NCBI GenBank assembly: GCA_050331235.1
Contig: JBHJHA010000088.1
Location: 1-64,000 of the forward strand
Origin: Leptolyngbyaceae cyanobacterium
GTDB taxonomy: Bacteria; Cyanobacteriota; Cyanobacteriia; Phormidesmidales; Phormidesmidaceae
DNA: 64,000 nucleotides
Direction of reading: 5' to 3'
The notes under the pieces are model-generated. The model searched no databases, was not told where the DNA came from, and saw only the letters and a list, made by a program, of their open reading frames with translations. Shown in pieces: positions 1 to 11,300 of the stretch (position 1 is its first letter; each line of letters opens with the position of its first letter). The position numbers were made by a program, and so were the translations under genes.

Positions 1-250
1 CATCCAACCCGGCAGCCATGGCAATCGCTACCGGCGGTCTACCGACAATATGCCAAGGTCAACACGGAGTACTGGGAGGCCGACGAAACGGTCATGCCTC
101 GCAAGCGTCACTTCGCTATCGGCAAAGAGAGTGGGTTAACACACGACTTGGCAGCGGATATCGCGGCTAGTGAGAAAGACGCTGTCGTTTTCCAAGAAAG
201 TAGAGAATCATATCGGTGTCATCTGGACGTTCATTACTTCCTGCTATTGC
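1..250 (+). mobile_element. IS1-family transposase (InsB-like) C-terminal remnant, frameshifted; runs off the left edge
   Basis: Frame 1 reads WQSLPAVYRQYAKVNTEYWEADETVMPRKRHFAIGKESGLTH; a shifted frame continues WQRISRLVRKTLSFSKKVENHIGVIWTFI, typical of cyanobacterial IS1 transposase C-termini. Confidence 0.8.
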
Positions 251-284
251 CTCTGTCCTTTACTGAAAAGCACGACCCTTCTTT

Positions 285-545
285 GGACAACGCAGCGGCG
301 GCTGTCGGTGAGCGATGCTGCCCCATGACTTTTCGTCCCATCAAACCGTCTACAAATATCAGTGGCAGCGTAATGGGATTTGGCAGGCCATTCACGACGA
401 GTTGCATTAGAAAAGGGGTCGAGAGGAAGACTCAAGCGTTGCAGTAGCTGACTCGCAATTCGTCAAAACGACGGAAAAACGAGGGCGATCTACGGGGGTG
501 ACGGCAGCAAGAAAGTTCAAGGCCGTAAGCGCTATATCGTAACTG
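285..545 (+). mobile_element. IS5-family (IS1031-like) transposase fragment, degraded
   Basis: GCR*AMLPHDF..QTVYKY.WQRNGIWQAIHDEL...ADSQFVKTTEKRG then YGGDGSKKVQGRKRYIV; internal stops and a frame change. Confidence 0.75.
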
Positions 546-574
546 CCGTCATGCCGTACCCCCATTGTCATTTT

Positions 575-1150
575 GAAGACGCCCGAAATGGAGCGGGCGC
601 TTTGCCCCAGAATTTGCAGAGCACATCCGCTACTAGCCTCAGCATACCTTTGGTCGCATCTGGTACGTGGACGAAACCAACGTCAGAATTCAGGGAAGAT
701 GGTGCTCCTCTGTCGAGGCATTGATGAATATGGCAATCTGCTTGATGTCAGGCTCAGTGAACCTCGCGACCTAGAGGTGGCCAAAGCGTTTTTCGCACAA
801 GTTGCCGAATTGATAGCGGAGCCACTGGAGCGCGCTGTCACTGATGGCCACAGCAGCTAACCCTGCGCTATTTCAGAAGTCCTAGGCGAGTCAGTTCAGC
901 CTTAGGTCTCAAAGTCAGTCCATCCTCCAGTTGAACAAAGTCATCGGAAACTCAAGCGCAGCGATATTATCCGACGCTGCGCTTGAGCCAGGCTAAGACA
1001 ACGAGATATTTTTGTAAGGCCATTGAGAAACTGAATCATTTTTTGTGCGTTCGTCAATTCATGGTGGAAGCCGTGTCTCTACCAGAGTGCCGGTCCAGAT
1101 CAAAGCTCGAATGAACGCACTCAGAGATATAGCAAAGGCTGCGTGGGAAT
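575..1150 (+). mobile_element. IS6-family transposase remnant
   Basis: WYVDETNVRIQGRW, frameshift, LCRGIDEYGNLLDVRLSEPRDLEVAKAFF...VTDGHSS*P, later VEQSHRKLK: IS6 DDE core with stops and frameshifts. Confidence 0.75.
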
Positions 1151-1433
1151 GAGGATGGGTGGATCGGCTTGTCAGCGATCGCTTCTTTCTTCGATAGTCT
1201 GCGCCACGGTCAATTGCTAGATATCCTTGCCTCTCAAGGACTGTCTTAGTTTCGAGGTGTACCCAATTCTGTCCTTCAAAAGCGTTCCTCTGCCTAAAGT
1301 CATTGAAGAGCGCAATGTCATCAAAGCTTCAATTTTTCTTGGAAATATAAAGCATCCATGAACTCTCTTCAATCTTCCGGTTACTGGGCTATTTCACCTG
1401 GTTATTGGAATGGTAGATGCACCCTGATTCCAA

Positions 1434-1465
1434 GGTCCTATGGCTTCGGTCATAGGACTTTTTTT
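1434..1465 (+). terminator. Rho-independent terminator
   Basis: GTCCTATGGC-TTCG-GTCATAGGAC stem with cUUCGg loop, followed by T7. Confidence 0.8.
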
Positions 1466-1610
1466 CTGTTACTGACCCAAATCGACTCAATCGCTCATGT
1501 CAGGGCAGGGGCAGTGCCGCGGTTGTCCCAAAAAACTGTGTGCCAAATACAGTCAAATGCCCCTTTGTCTGTAAAAATAAAGAGCTTGTGAGTTCACTAG
1601 GTAATGTGCA

Positions 1611-2816
1611 ATGGGTCGAGCAGAGAGAGTCGTACTGGCATACTCCGGTGGCGTCGATACAACGGTGTGTATCCCCTACCTGAAAAATGAATTTGGCGTT
1701 AAAGAAGTCATTACCTTAGCAGCCGACTTAGGGCAGGGCGAAGACTTAGAGCCAATTCGACAAAAAGCACTGAAGGCAGGCGCTTCAGAGTCTTTGGTCG
1801 TTGATGCTAAAGAAGCTTTGGCAAAGCGCTATGCCGTTCCTTCTATCAAAGCCAATGCACTTTACGAAAATCGGTATCCGCTCTCAACAGCGCTGGCTCG
1901 TCCGCTGATTGCCAAGCTGCTAGTTGACGCGGCGGATCAGTGTGATGCCGATGCCGTTGCCCACGGTTGCACGGGTAAGGGGAATGATCAGGTGCGCTTT
2001 GACGTGGCTATTGGCGCTCTCAACCCAAATCTCAAGGTGCTGGCCCCGGCTCGAGAGTGGGGCATGAGCCGAGAAGAAGCGATCGCCTATGGCGAAAAGT
2101 TTGGCCTTAGCTTCCCGGTCAAAAAGTCTTCTCCCTACAGCATCGACTACAACCTATTGGGGCGCAGCATCGAGGCGGGTCCCTTAGAAAATCCTTGGAC
2201 AGAGCCCCTGCCCGATATCTTTGCTATGACGAAGGGAATCGCCGAAACCCCAGACGAGCCCGAGTATGTGGAAATCGGCTTCAACAATGGTGAGCCGATA
2301 AGTCTCAACGGTAAAGAGCGACCGATCACGCAGTTAGTTGGCGAACTCAACGCGATCGCGGGCAACCACGGATTTGGTCGCATCGATATGGTCGAAAACC
2401 GCCTGGTCGGCATCAAATCACGGGAAATCTATGAAGCCCCTGCCCTGCTGTTGCTGATTGCGGCCCACCGCGATTTGGAAAGTCTCACCCTGACGGCGGA
2501 TGTGACCCAATACAAACGCAACGTTGAGGAAACCTATAGCCAGCTAGTGTATAACGGTTTGTGGTTTAGCCCGCTCAAACTCGCCCTAGATGCCTTTATC
2601 AATCAAACGCAGGAGTATGTCTCTGGTGTGGTCCGCATCAAGCTGTACAAAGGCAATGCCCAGATTGTGGGCCGCCAGTCAGACAATGCCCTCTACAGCG
2701 AGGCCCTAGCGACCTATGGGGCTGATGACTCGTTTGATCATCGGGCAGCTGAAGGCTTTATCTATATTTGGGGTTTACCTACCCGAGTTTGGTCGCATCG
2801 GATGGGAGATCAGTAG
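1611..2816 (+). CDS. argG: Argininosuccinate synthase
   Basis: [38 protein letters not shown] motifs; 401 aa. Confidence 0.98.
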   Translation: MGRAERVVLAYSGGVDTTVCIPYLKNEFGVKEVITLAADLGQGEDLEPIRQKALKAGASESLVVDAKEALAKRYAVPSIKANALYENRYPLSTALARPLIAKLLVDAADQCDADAVAHGCTGKGNDQVRFDVAIGALNPNLKVLAPAREWGMSREEAIAYGEKFGLSFPVKKSSPYSIDYNLLGRSIEAGPLENPWTEPLPDIFAMTKGIAETPDEPEYVEIGFNNGEPISLNGKERPITQLVGELNAIAGNHGFGRIDMVENRLVGIKSREIYEAPALLLLIAAHRDLESLTLTADVTQYKRNVEETYSQLVYNGLWFSPLKLALDAFINQTQEYVSGVVRIKLYKGNAQIVGRQSDNALYSEALATYGADDSFDHRAAEGFIYIWGLPTRVWSHRMGDQ

Positions 2817-2939
2817 AGTATCGGTTCTGCACCAATTATGGAGAAAGGCGTTGCGATCGCCTACACGCTAACCCAGTTCGGCATTGAGAGATGGAAGCAA
2901 CAATGTGTCACCTGCCGAACTGGTTAGCAAATTTCGCAC

Positions 2940-3173
2940 CTATGTTTGAGGCTGCGAAAGAACTCGCCGGAGTAAATTACGCTGGTTAATTGGAAGGGCC
3001 GCAATAACTTCCTCCAAAGCGTCGGGATGAATCCGCCTGAGCATTTGTAATAGCTCAACGCGATCGCCATTGATGATGGCATCAACAGTGAGTGGATCTT
3101 TTTCTGGATAACAGATCCCACCATCGTCTTCTACGCATTTTGATAAAAGAGGCGCATTCGGTTGCTGGGTCAA
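2940..3173 (-). CDS. Small hypothetical protein (77 aa)
   Basis: Protein-like helical composition, fills the gap between argG and an IS remnant; no recognised family. Confidence 0.4.
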   Translation of the reverse strand: MTQQPNAPLLSKCVEDDGGICYPEKDPLTVDAIINGDRVELLQMLRRIHPDALEEVIAALPINQRNLLRRVLSQPQT

Positions 3174-3235
3174 GTTGATAGTTTGCTTATATGGCTATCA
3201 ACTTGACCAAAATACTTGAAATGGAAACTAAGAAA

Positions 3236-3500
3236 ACGTCAGTTAGGATTGAGCGATAGAAAGCAAAGCCTACTCTAACTGCAGCGCTAGCTTCTTCGGT
3301 TGATAGCGATAAGCAATCAGCCCACAGATCACAGATCACATTGACGATAAAGTGAGTCGGTCTGCGATGACGGAAATGTTTGATCTGCGAAACATTCCTG
3401 AGCTGATCGATGACAGTTTCAATGCTGGCGCGCCTGCAAGCCAATAGCTTGTCGACTTCATCAATTGATTTTCATATTGCGCTTGGATTGAGCTCGACTG
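3236..3500 (-). mobile_element. IS982-family transposase 3' remnant
   Basis: RRASIETVIDQLRNVSQIKHFRHRRPTHFIVNVICDL resembles the IS982 C-terminus (IETVIDQLKNISQIEHSRHRS); frameshifted and truncated. Confidence 0.7.
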
Positions 3501-3510
3501 ATGATATGCT

Positions 3511-5250
3511 CTAGACTTGATACGCTGATTTCGGCAATATGTCAGCCTCGACAGCTGCAGCTGAGAGCGGTTTCGAGAATAAATACCCTTGACCGTATTC
3601 ACACCCCATGTCTTCTAAATAACTGAGCTGTTCTTTGGTTTCAATACCTTCGGCAATCAGGGGAATGTTTAGCTGCTGACTCAGAAAGAATATGGTTTTC
3701 ACGACATTTGAAACTCGGTTTTCCTTGCCGACTTCGTTGATAAATGAGCGGTCAACCTTAATAGAGTTCACTGGGAAGCGATGTAGATATCCGAGGGAAG
3801 AATAGCCAGTACCAAAGTCATCAATGCTGATATTGATTTTCTGAGCCTGTAGTTGATCAGTTACCGACAGCGCTACTTGAGGGTTCTGCATAATCGCACT
3901 TTCAGTAATTTCTAAATTGAGTTTCGCCGGGTTGACCTTCGTTTCAGCAATGACTTGGTTGATATCTCGAAGCAGTGTTGGTGAGGAATACTGTCTAACG
4001 GAAAGATTAACGCTCATCATCAAGTCAGGATAGCCGGCTTGCTGCCAAGCGTGCAGTTGCTTACAGGCCTGCCTGAGGACATAAATACCCACTGGAATAA
4101 TGAGTCCGGTGGTTTCCATTGAGGGGATGAATTCTCCGGGGGAGACGAAACCGCGGAGGGGATGTTGCCATCTTACCAGGGCTTCAAATCCTCGTAGGGT
4201 TTGATTTTGAATATCAAAAATTGGTTGATAGTGCAGGAAAAACTCTTGCTTTTCTAAGGCCCTTTGTAAGTCGTTTTCCAGTGTAATGCGGTTGAGCATT
4301 TTCTCTCGCATTTTTGACTCAAAGAACTGGAAAGAGCCTTTACCTTTTTGCTTGGCCTGATACATAGCGGTATCAGCATTTTGTAGAAGTGCTTCAGGGG
4401 AGCTTTCCAGCTTTTGATTAACGGACACGCCGACACAAGCAGAAATATAAATTTCACAACCATCAACGAGAAAAGGCGGTTTGAAGCAATTCTGAACTTC
4501 AGTGATAAAGGTTTCAATATCAGCTCTATTTTCGGTATTGGTCAATAGAAAGCAAAATTCGTCTTCGCCGATCCTAGCGAGTAGGCCATCGGCAGTGACT
4601 TTGCGCACCAATCGCTCGGCGATCGCCTTAATCAACCCATTGCCCAAGTTGTGACCAAAAGAACCATTGACCAGGCTGAAATGATCGCAATCAATATAGA
4701 TTAGGGAGTGAGAAGTCTTGCCCTCCCGCTGGATGTTTTGGACTTTTTCTAGAAGTGCTGTCCGACTTGGTAAAGCAGTCAGCTGATCTTGGTAAATTAA
4801 TTTTTTGAGTTCTGAAGTGCGCTCCTGCACTTGTTGTTCAAGTTGGGTGTTGAAAGTGTCGAGCTGAAGGTATTGGTGTCGAATCCGCAACATAGATCGG
4901 ACTCGCGCATCTAACTCAAATCGATGTACCGGTTTATGAATAAAGTCATCGGCCCCAGCAGTCAGACATCGGGATAGATCCTCTTTGCGGTCTAAAGCGG
5001 TGACAATAATTACCGGTAGCGAGACTCCTATCGGCATGGCTTTGATGCGCTTACAGGTTTCAATGCCATCTAAGCCCGGCATCATCACGTCCAGGAGAAT
5101 CAGATCTGGTTGAAAAATATCGAGGAGACGAATGGCTTCTTCGCCACTCGATAAGTAATGCATTTGATAATCAGTATGACTAAGCAGAGATTCAATAACA
5201 TCAAAGTTGTTAGGCTCGTCGTCGACGACCAGTATAAACGGCTGTTTCAT
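3511..5250 (-). CDS. REC-GGDEF(degenerate)-EAL response regulator, probable c-di-GMP phosphodiesterase
   Basis: ILVVDD/LLDVMMP receiver; RIGEDEF in place of GGDEF; EAL and DDFGTGYSS intact. Confidence 0.92.
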   Translation of the reverse strand: MKQPFILVVDDEPNNFDVIESLLSHTDYQMHYLSSGEEAIRLLDIFQPDLILLDVMMPGLDGIETCKRIKAMPIGVSLPVIIVTALDRKEDLSRCLTAGADDFIHKPVHRFELDARVRSMLRIRHQYLQLDTFNTQLEQQVQERTSELKKLIYQDQLTALPSRTALLEKVQNIQREGKTSHSLIYIDCDHFSLVNGSFGHNLGNGLIKAIAERLVRKVTADGLLARIGEDEFCFLLTNTENRADIETFITEVQNCFKPPFLVDGCEIYISACVGVSVNQKLESSPEALLQNADTAMYQAKQKGKGSFQFFESKMREKMLNRITLENDLQRALEKQEFFLHYQPIFDIQNQTLRGFEALVRWQHPLRGFVSPGEFIPSMETTGLIIPVGIYVLRQACKQLHAWQQAGYPDLMMSVNLSVRQYSSPTLLRDINQVIAETKVNPAKLNLEITESAIMQNPQVALSVTDQLQAQKINISIDDFGTGYSSLGYLHRFPVNSIKVDRSFINEVGKENRVSNVVKTIFFLSQQLNIPLIAEGIETKEQLSYLEDMGCEYGQGYLFSKPLSAAAVEADILPKSAYQV

Positions 5251-5365
5251 GCTATTCCTCTGAGTAGAGCACTATCGCAACTTTGATGATGAAGCTCTCC
5301 GGTGCCATCCTTATAGAATAAAGGGTGCCCAAAAAATCAGGGCGAAGTTGAGTCAAAGCGGGCGT

Positions 5366-8300
5366 CTACTGATTTTTTTGTAGCAGATCAGCAATCAAGT
5401 TTGACAATTCTCGAAATTTTATCGGTTTAGTGATGTACTCATCAGCGCCGGCGGCGAGGCAGCGATCGCGATCGCCTTCCATGGCTAGTGCCGTCTGGGC
5501 AATAATCGGAATATCCTTCTGCAAAACTTGTCGGATGTGCTGTGTGGCTGTGATGCCATCTATGCCAGGCATCTGAATATCCATCAAAATCAGGTCAGGG
5601 GACTCACCGTTATCGACCATTGAGATGACTTCATGTCCGGTTCTGGCAACCTGCAGCCGATAGCCTTTCGCTTCCAGATAGCTAGAGAGGGTGAGCACAT
5701 TAGCTTCGTTATCTTCCGCCAGTAAGAGTAGCGGCGAGGCTGCCGTTGAGCATTCAGCTGCGATACTGACAGTATGCTGTGAGTGGATGTCTCGGCAAAC
5801 CGGAAATTGTTTTTCAGCACAGGGCAAGGTCACGGTAAAGCAGCTGCCAATGCCTTCTTCGCTTTGGACCGTGACCTGCCCACCGTGTAATTCTGCAATG
5901 CGTTTGACCAGCGCTAATCCTAACCCTGTACCGGCATACTGTCGATTGAGAGCGCTGTCAATCTGGACGAAGGGTTGAAACAGTTTGTCAAGGTTTTTGC
6001 GGGCAATGCCGATGCCGGTGTCACTGATCGAAATGTCTAAATAGTGAGCGTGATGGTCGGTAGCATAGTTGGGATTGCGCTGCACTTGTAAAACAATCTG
6101 GCCCCGCTCTGGGGTAAATTTCACCGCATTACTCAACAGGTTGATCAAGATTTGTCGGACTCTTCTTTCATCGACTAATAGATCTGGGATTTGTTGAGGA
6201 ATTGTGGAGGATAAGTGAATACTTTTTTGCAGTGCCTGGTGCTTGATAAACAATAGGCTGGAGGAACACAGGGTATCTACCGGCACTGGAGACGGCTCGA
6301 TCTCCAACTGGCCAGCTTCAATTTTGGCCACGTCGAGAATGTCGTTGATGAGCTCGAGGAGATGGGTGCCGCTATTTTCTATCGTGTTGAGCGCTTTTTG
6401 CTGGCGATCGCTGACGGTGCCAAAGATTTGTTCTTTGAGAGACTCCGTCATCCCGAGAATGGCGTTTAACGGCGTCCGGAGCTCGTGGCTCATACTCGCC
6501 AAAAATTCATCCTTGAGACGCGTCGCCCGCTCTAATTCCTGATTAGTGCGATACAGCTGTGATTCGGCCAGTTTGCGATCGCTGATATCTTGAGCCGTGC
6601 CGATAATTTGTTGGACCTCGCCATTGGCATTCCGCTTAAACACGGCATCACGGCTAATCAGCCAGCGCCAAGAGCCATCAGCATGCTGTAAACGATACTC
6701 GCATTCAATAATTTCGCCGTCGGCTAAATGGGCAAACTGCCGATAGTGTTGGCGATACCGATGAAGATCGTCCGGGTGCATTTTAGAGATCAAAAACCGG
6801 TCGCCAATGCCTTCAAGCTCAGTCGGAGCATAGCCGAGCACGATGGCAATGTCGCGATTAGTGTAAATATTGCGTCGTAGCGCTAAGTCAAACAGATAAA
6901 GAATGTTGGGTGACGCTTGGGCCACGCTGGTAATAAACCGCTGGCTGCGCTTGAGCTCCCGCTCTGCTTGCTTTTGTTCGGTGACGTCTTCGACGACTCC
7001 TTCAATGGCGATTAACTGTTCGGTCTCGTCAAAGACAGGATGTTGGACAATGAGGATAACCCGCTGCCCCCCATCCGGATGGCGAAACTCCGCCTCAAAC
7101 TGTTGAGAATCATCGACTCCCTGCTGAAGTCTCTGGTCATAGACTTCGAGCAAAGCAGCCGAGTGAGGAAGCCAGCAAATCGTTTCTAGCCAACTATTTC
7201 CGAGAATATGTTCTCGAGGCAAACCAAATACGGTATTCACACCACTGCTGAGATAGGTGATTTGGCGATCGCTACTGGAGTAGCTAAAGACCACAAACTT
7301 GTCGCCAATATCATCAACGAGGCGTTGATATTTGGCTTCGCTGGCCTCGAGGTTGGCGACGACCTCATAAAATCCCGACATGTCCCGCTGAATGCCGAAA
7401 TGCCCCGTGATACGTCCAGCCTGATCATAAAGACAGATGTAGTCACCCTCTACCCAAATTGAGGTGCCATCCAGCTTTTGCTCTTGGGCATTGAGGTGAA
7501 GCCGGCCGTTGTCATAGAGCTGTCGCCAAAGCAGCTTGCCAGTCAGGGGCGCTTCACTGTACAGATCAGCAGGGGTCTGGCCGATAAAGTCAGTATTGGC
7601 AGCCCCATACTGATTGAGGAATGCCTGATTGACCTTAGTAATGCGCTGATGATGAAAAGCGTGCTCGAGGATCGCATTTTTGTCGACGGTGCTATCCCAG
7701 CAAATGGGAGTATCGAGCATCATAAAGAAGAAACCATCTTGCGACTGGGTAAAGAACAGCTCTAATAACCGTTCGCGATCGCGCAGGTCTTCTTCGGCCT
7801 GCTTGATTTCGGTGATGTCGGCAAGATAGCCAATGTACTCAATCAGATTGCCGTCGGCATCGTGTATTTGCTGGAGCTCGGCTCTCAGCCAGACGTAGTG
7901 GCCAGCCTTATGGCGAAACCGATACTCGTGGTTGACATGGGCCTGCTCTAGCCGGGCCAAAACCGGTGGAACATCGTCTGGATGTAGGTTATCCCTCCAT
8001 AAACTAGACTGAGCCAAAAACTCAGTGTCGGTATATCCCACGAGGTTGCGAATATTTTCACCAATGAAGGTGGCACCATAGTCGCTATCGGGATGACAGG
8101 TAAAAATCACTGCCGGACTCTCCGACAGAAGGAACTCTAAACGTTCTCGAAGGCGTTGATTTTCCTGTTGGGTGGCGAGCCGTTCACTAATATCGGAAAC
8201 CACTGCCAGACAAAACGTTTCCCCCAGATAGGAGTGGGCTTGAAGATTGATCTCCACGGGATAAAAAGAGCCATCGGCACGCCGGTGTTGAGCTTCAAAC

Positions 8301-11300
8301 AAGAGGTTGGCGACCTCTCCAGCCAGCAACGGCGCAATTAATGACCGAAATGATGCCTCAGTAAAGTTAGGCTTGAGGTCAACTGGGGTCTTTTGCTTGA
8401 TGGTCTCGAGGTTGTACTGCAAGTTTTGGACTGCGCCGTGATTGGCAAATACAAATTTCAGGCTGTGGGCGTTGAAAATGTAAATTTCGTTATTGCTGGA
8501 CTCCAGTAAGGTCAAAAGGCGATCGCGCTCTGCGGCGGTGCGTTTGCGCTCGGTAATGTCGCGGCCAATGGAGCGGATCGAAACGGGCTGACCGTTGACT
8601 ATCTGACAGTTGATGTTGCATTCGATATTGATGGGTTGACCAGAGCGGGTCAGTAGAACGAGCTCGAACTGATCAATGGCTGATCGCTGACCAGCAGCCA
8701 TTTGTTCACACAGTTGCTCATAGCGATCGCGACAGCCAGGGTGCAAAACATCGTAGATGGTCAGTGCCTGAGCTTCATCCGCAGGATAGCCCAATGTCCT
8801 TTCCCAAGCCCGGTTGACATAGGCAAATCGGCCCTCGGGTAAGCTATGGCTATGAATCAGGTCATTCGCGTGGTCTAAAAAGTCCGCGAGCTGTGCTTTT
8901 TGGTCGGCAAGTTGCCGCGATCGCGCTTCGACCCGCGATTCCAACTCAGCATTTAAGTGTTGCAGCGATTCATAGTGCTGCTGGCGTTCGAGCTCTGCCC
9001 CCGCCCGGGCGGCAAAAATCTTGAGCAATAGGTGAGTGCCTTCGACATGGGGAATGGGGCGATCGTGCAAAATGGCCAACACACCGATGGCCTTGCCCGC
9101 AGTGTCGTGTAGCCCCAAGCCGATGTAGCTCTCGACGTGCTTACCCGCGATCAAATCGTAGTTCGGATAGGCCAGGTGCAAATCGTTCAGGTGCAGATAT
9201 TCCCCCATTTCCAGCGCCTGGGTGCAGGGCAGTACCGCATCAAAGGAAAAGGATCTTGCAGATGGATGCAGCTCGCCCTCAGACCAAAAGATCATATTTT
9301 CGAACCCGTGGTCAGTGACTCGACAAATGGCCACATGGTGGATTTGCAGTGCCTCGGCAATGTGGCGGGCAAACGCCGCAAAGAACTGTTCTCCGGTGAG
9401 TGCCGCTGTGCCTTGTACCACATGCTGCAGCGCATTATGCAGCCGGCCTTTTTCAAGCTCGGCCTCTTGCAGGCGAGTAATGTCTTGGATAGAGCCGCGG
9501 GAGATCAGGGGCCGACCATCTGTGGTGAAGTCCGTTTCACAATGTTCGTGAATGTGCTTGATGCGACCATCAGCCATCTGGAGGCGATAGATCAGGTCAT
9601 AGGGAGTTTTGCTGTCGAGATGGTGTAAATAGGTTTGATGAACCGTGTCGCGATCGTCGGGATGGGCCCGCGACAAAAAGAGTTCACAGGAGACCACTTG
9701 GTCAGTGGGCAACTCGAGGATGTGATAAACCTGTTCTGACCAAAATACGACATGACGGTGGTGATCGACCTCCCAATTACCTATGTTGGCCAGGGCTTGG
9801 GCTTTGCGTAGGCGAGCTTCGGCGAGTCGCAAATCACGCTCGGCTTGCTTGCGATCGGTAATCTCCCGAATCATAAATAGGGCTTCATCGTCGCCGCACT
9901 GAATGACCCGGACCTCTTCGTCTTGCCAGCGATCGTCCACCTTTAAACGCTGCTCATAGGTTTGCATGTTCCCCGTGGCTAAGGCCCGTTGTAGAGCCCG
10001 ACGCTGTCGCTTAGCCACGTCTGACGGCAAGACCTCCTCCAGCGATCGATTGAGAATCGCGTCCTCGGAGGTCACAAGGGCAAAGGCCTCGTCGAGTTTG
10101 ACAAATCCTCGGTAAATGCCATCGGCATTGACGCGAAACATCAAATCGGGAATGGCGCTGAGAATCGCCCGATGTTGGGCATCCTGCTGGCGCAGTTGGA
10201 GTTCGGCCTGTTTGCGGGCGGTGATATCGGTGTGAATACCGAGAATCCGCTGGGGCTGCCGGTCGGCTGTCCATTCCACCACTTTGCCCCGGGTCAAGAT
10301 CCATGCGTAGGTGTTGTCTTTGCGACGGACTCGGTGTTCCTGGAGATAGACGGGGATCTTGCCGGCAATATGCTGCTCCAGCTCGACGTAGCACTGGGCC
10401 AAATCATGGGGATGGACGCGGGATTCCCACTCGTCAAATGTATTCCCGATTTCCGCCGCTTCGTAGCCCAGCATCCCTTTCCACTGTTGGGAATAAAAGA
10501 CCTCGCCCGTGGGCACATGCCAATCCCAAACGCCCTGTTGAGTGCCCTCTAGGGCAAACTGCCAGCGGGCCTCGCTGGCCCGTAGGGCCTTGGCCGTCCG
10601 ATCGCGCTCGATCGCGATCGCGGTGACTTTGGCCAGTTGTGAGATGGCCTCTAATTCTTCATCAGTGGGATTTTTGGGCGTGTTGTAGTAAATGCCAAAC
10701 GTGCCGAGGACAGCGCCTTGGCTGCTGATGACGGGCACCGACCAGCAAGCCTGGAGATCATGTTCTAGCGCGATCGCCTTAAAGTTTTGCCAGAGTGGAT
10801 CGCGGGCAATATCTACCGAGCAGACCGTTGCTTGGCGATAGGCCGCGGTGCCGCAGGTGCCGACTCCCTCACCGATAGTGACACCATCAACAGCTTGCAG
10901 ATATCCTGCTGGCAAGTGAGGCGCGGCTCCATGCACTAAGCGGTTTTGCCCGTCGAGCTGCAAAATAGAACCCAGTCCACCCTTGAGATCTGCTTCTGCC
11001 GTCAGAATGATCGCCGTAAAGATGTCCGCTAATGGCTCGTTGGCAGCGATCCGTTCCAGCAGCTGATTTTGCTGAGCCAGGCGGATTTCAGCTCGCTTGC
11101 GATCGCTAATATTGCGCACAACATAAAGCGCCTCGTCATCGGTGAGCTTGACCGCTTTAAATTCTTCGTAATGGCAGCTATCGTCCACACATAGCCGCTG
11201 TTCAAATGTCTGCGGTTCACCAGTATCTAGCGCCTGCTGAATGGCTAGTAGCTGCCGTTCGGCCACCGCTTGGGGCAGATAATCAACAATCGAGCGCCCT

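Noticed and set aside
1358..1591. 77-aa ORF upstream of argG
   Set aside because: Runs through a strong terminator and has no protein-like features
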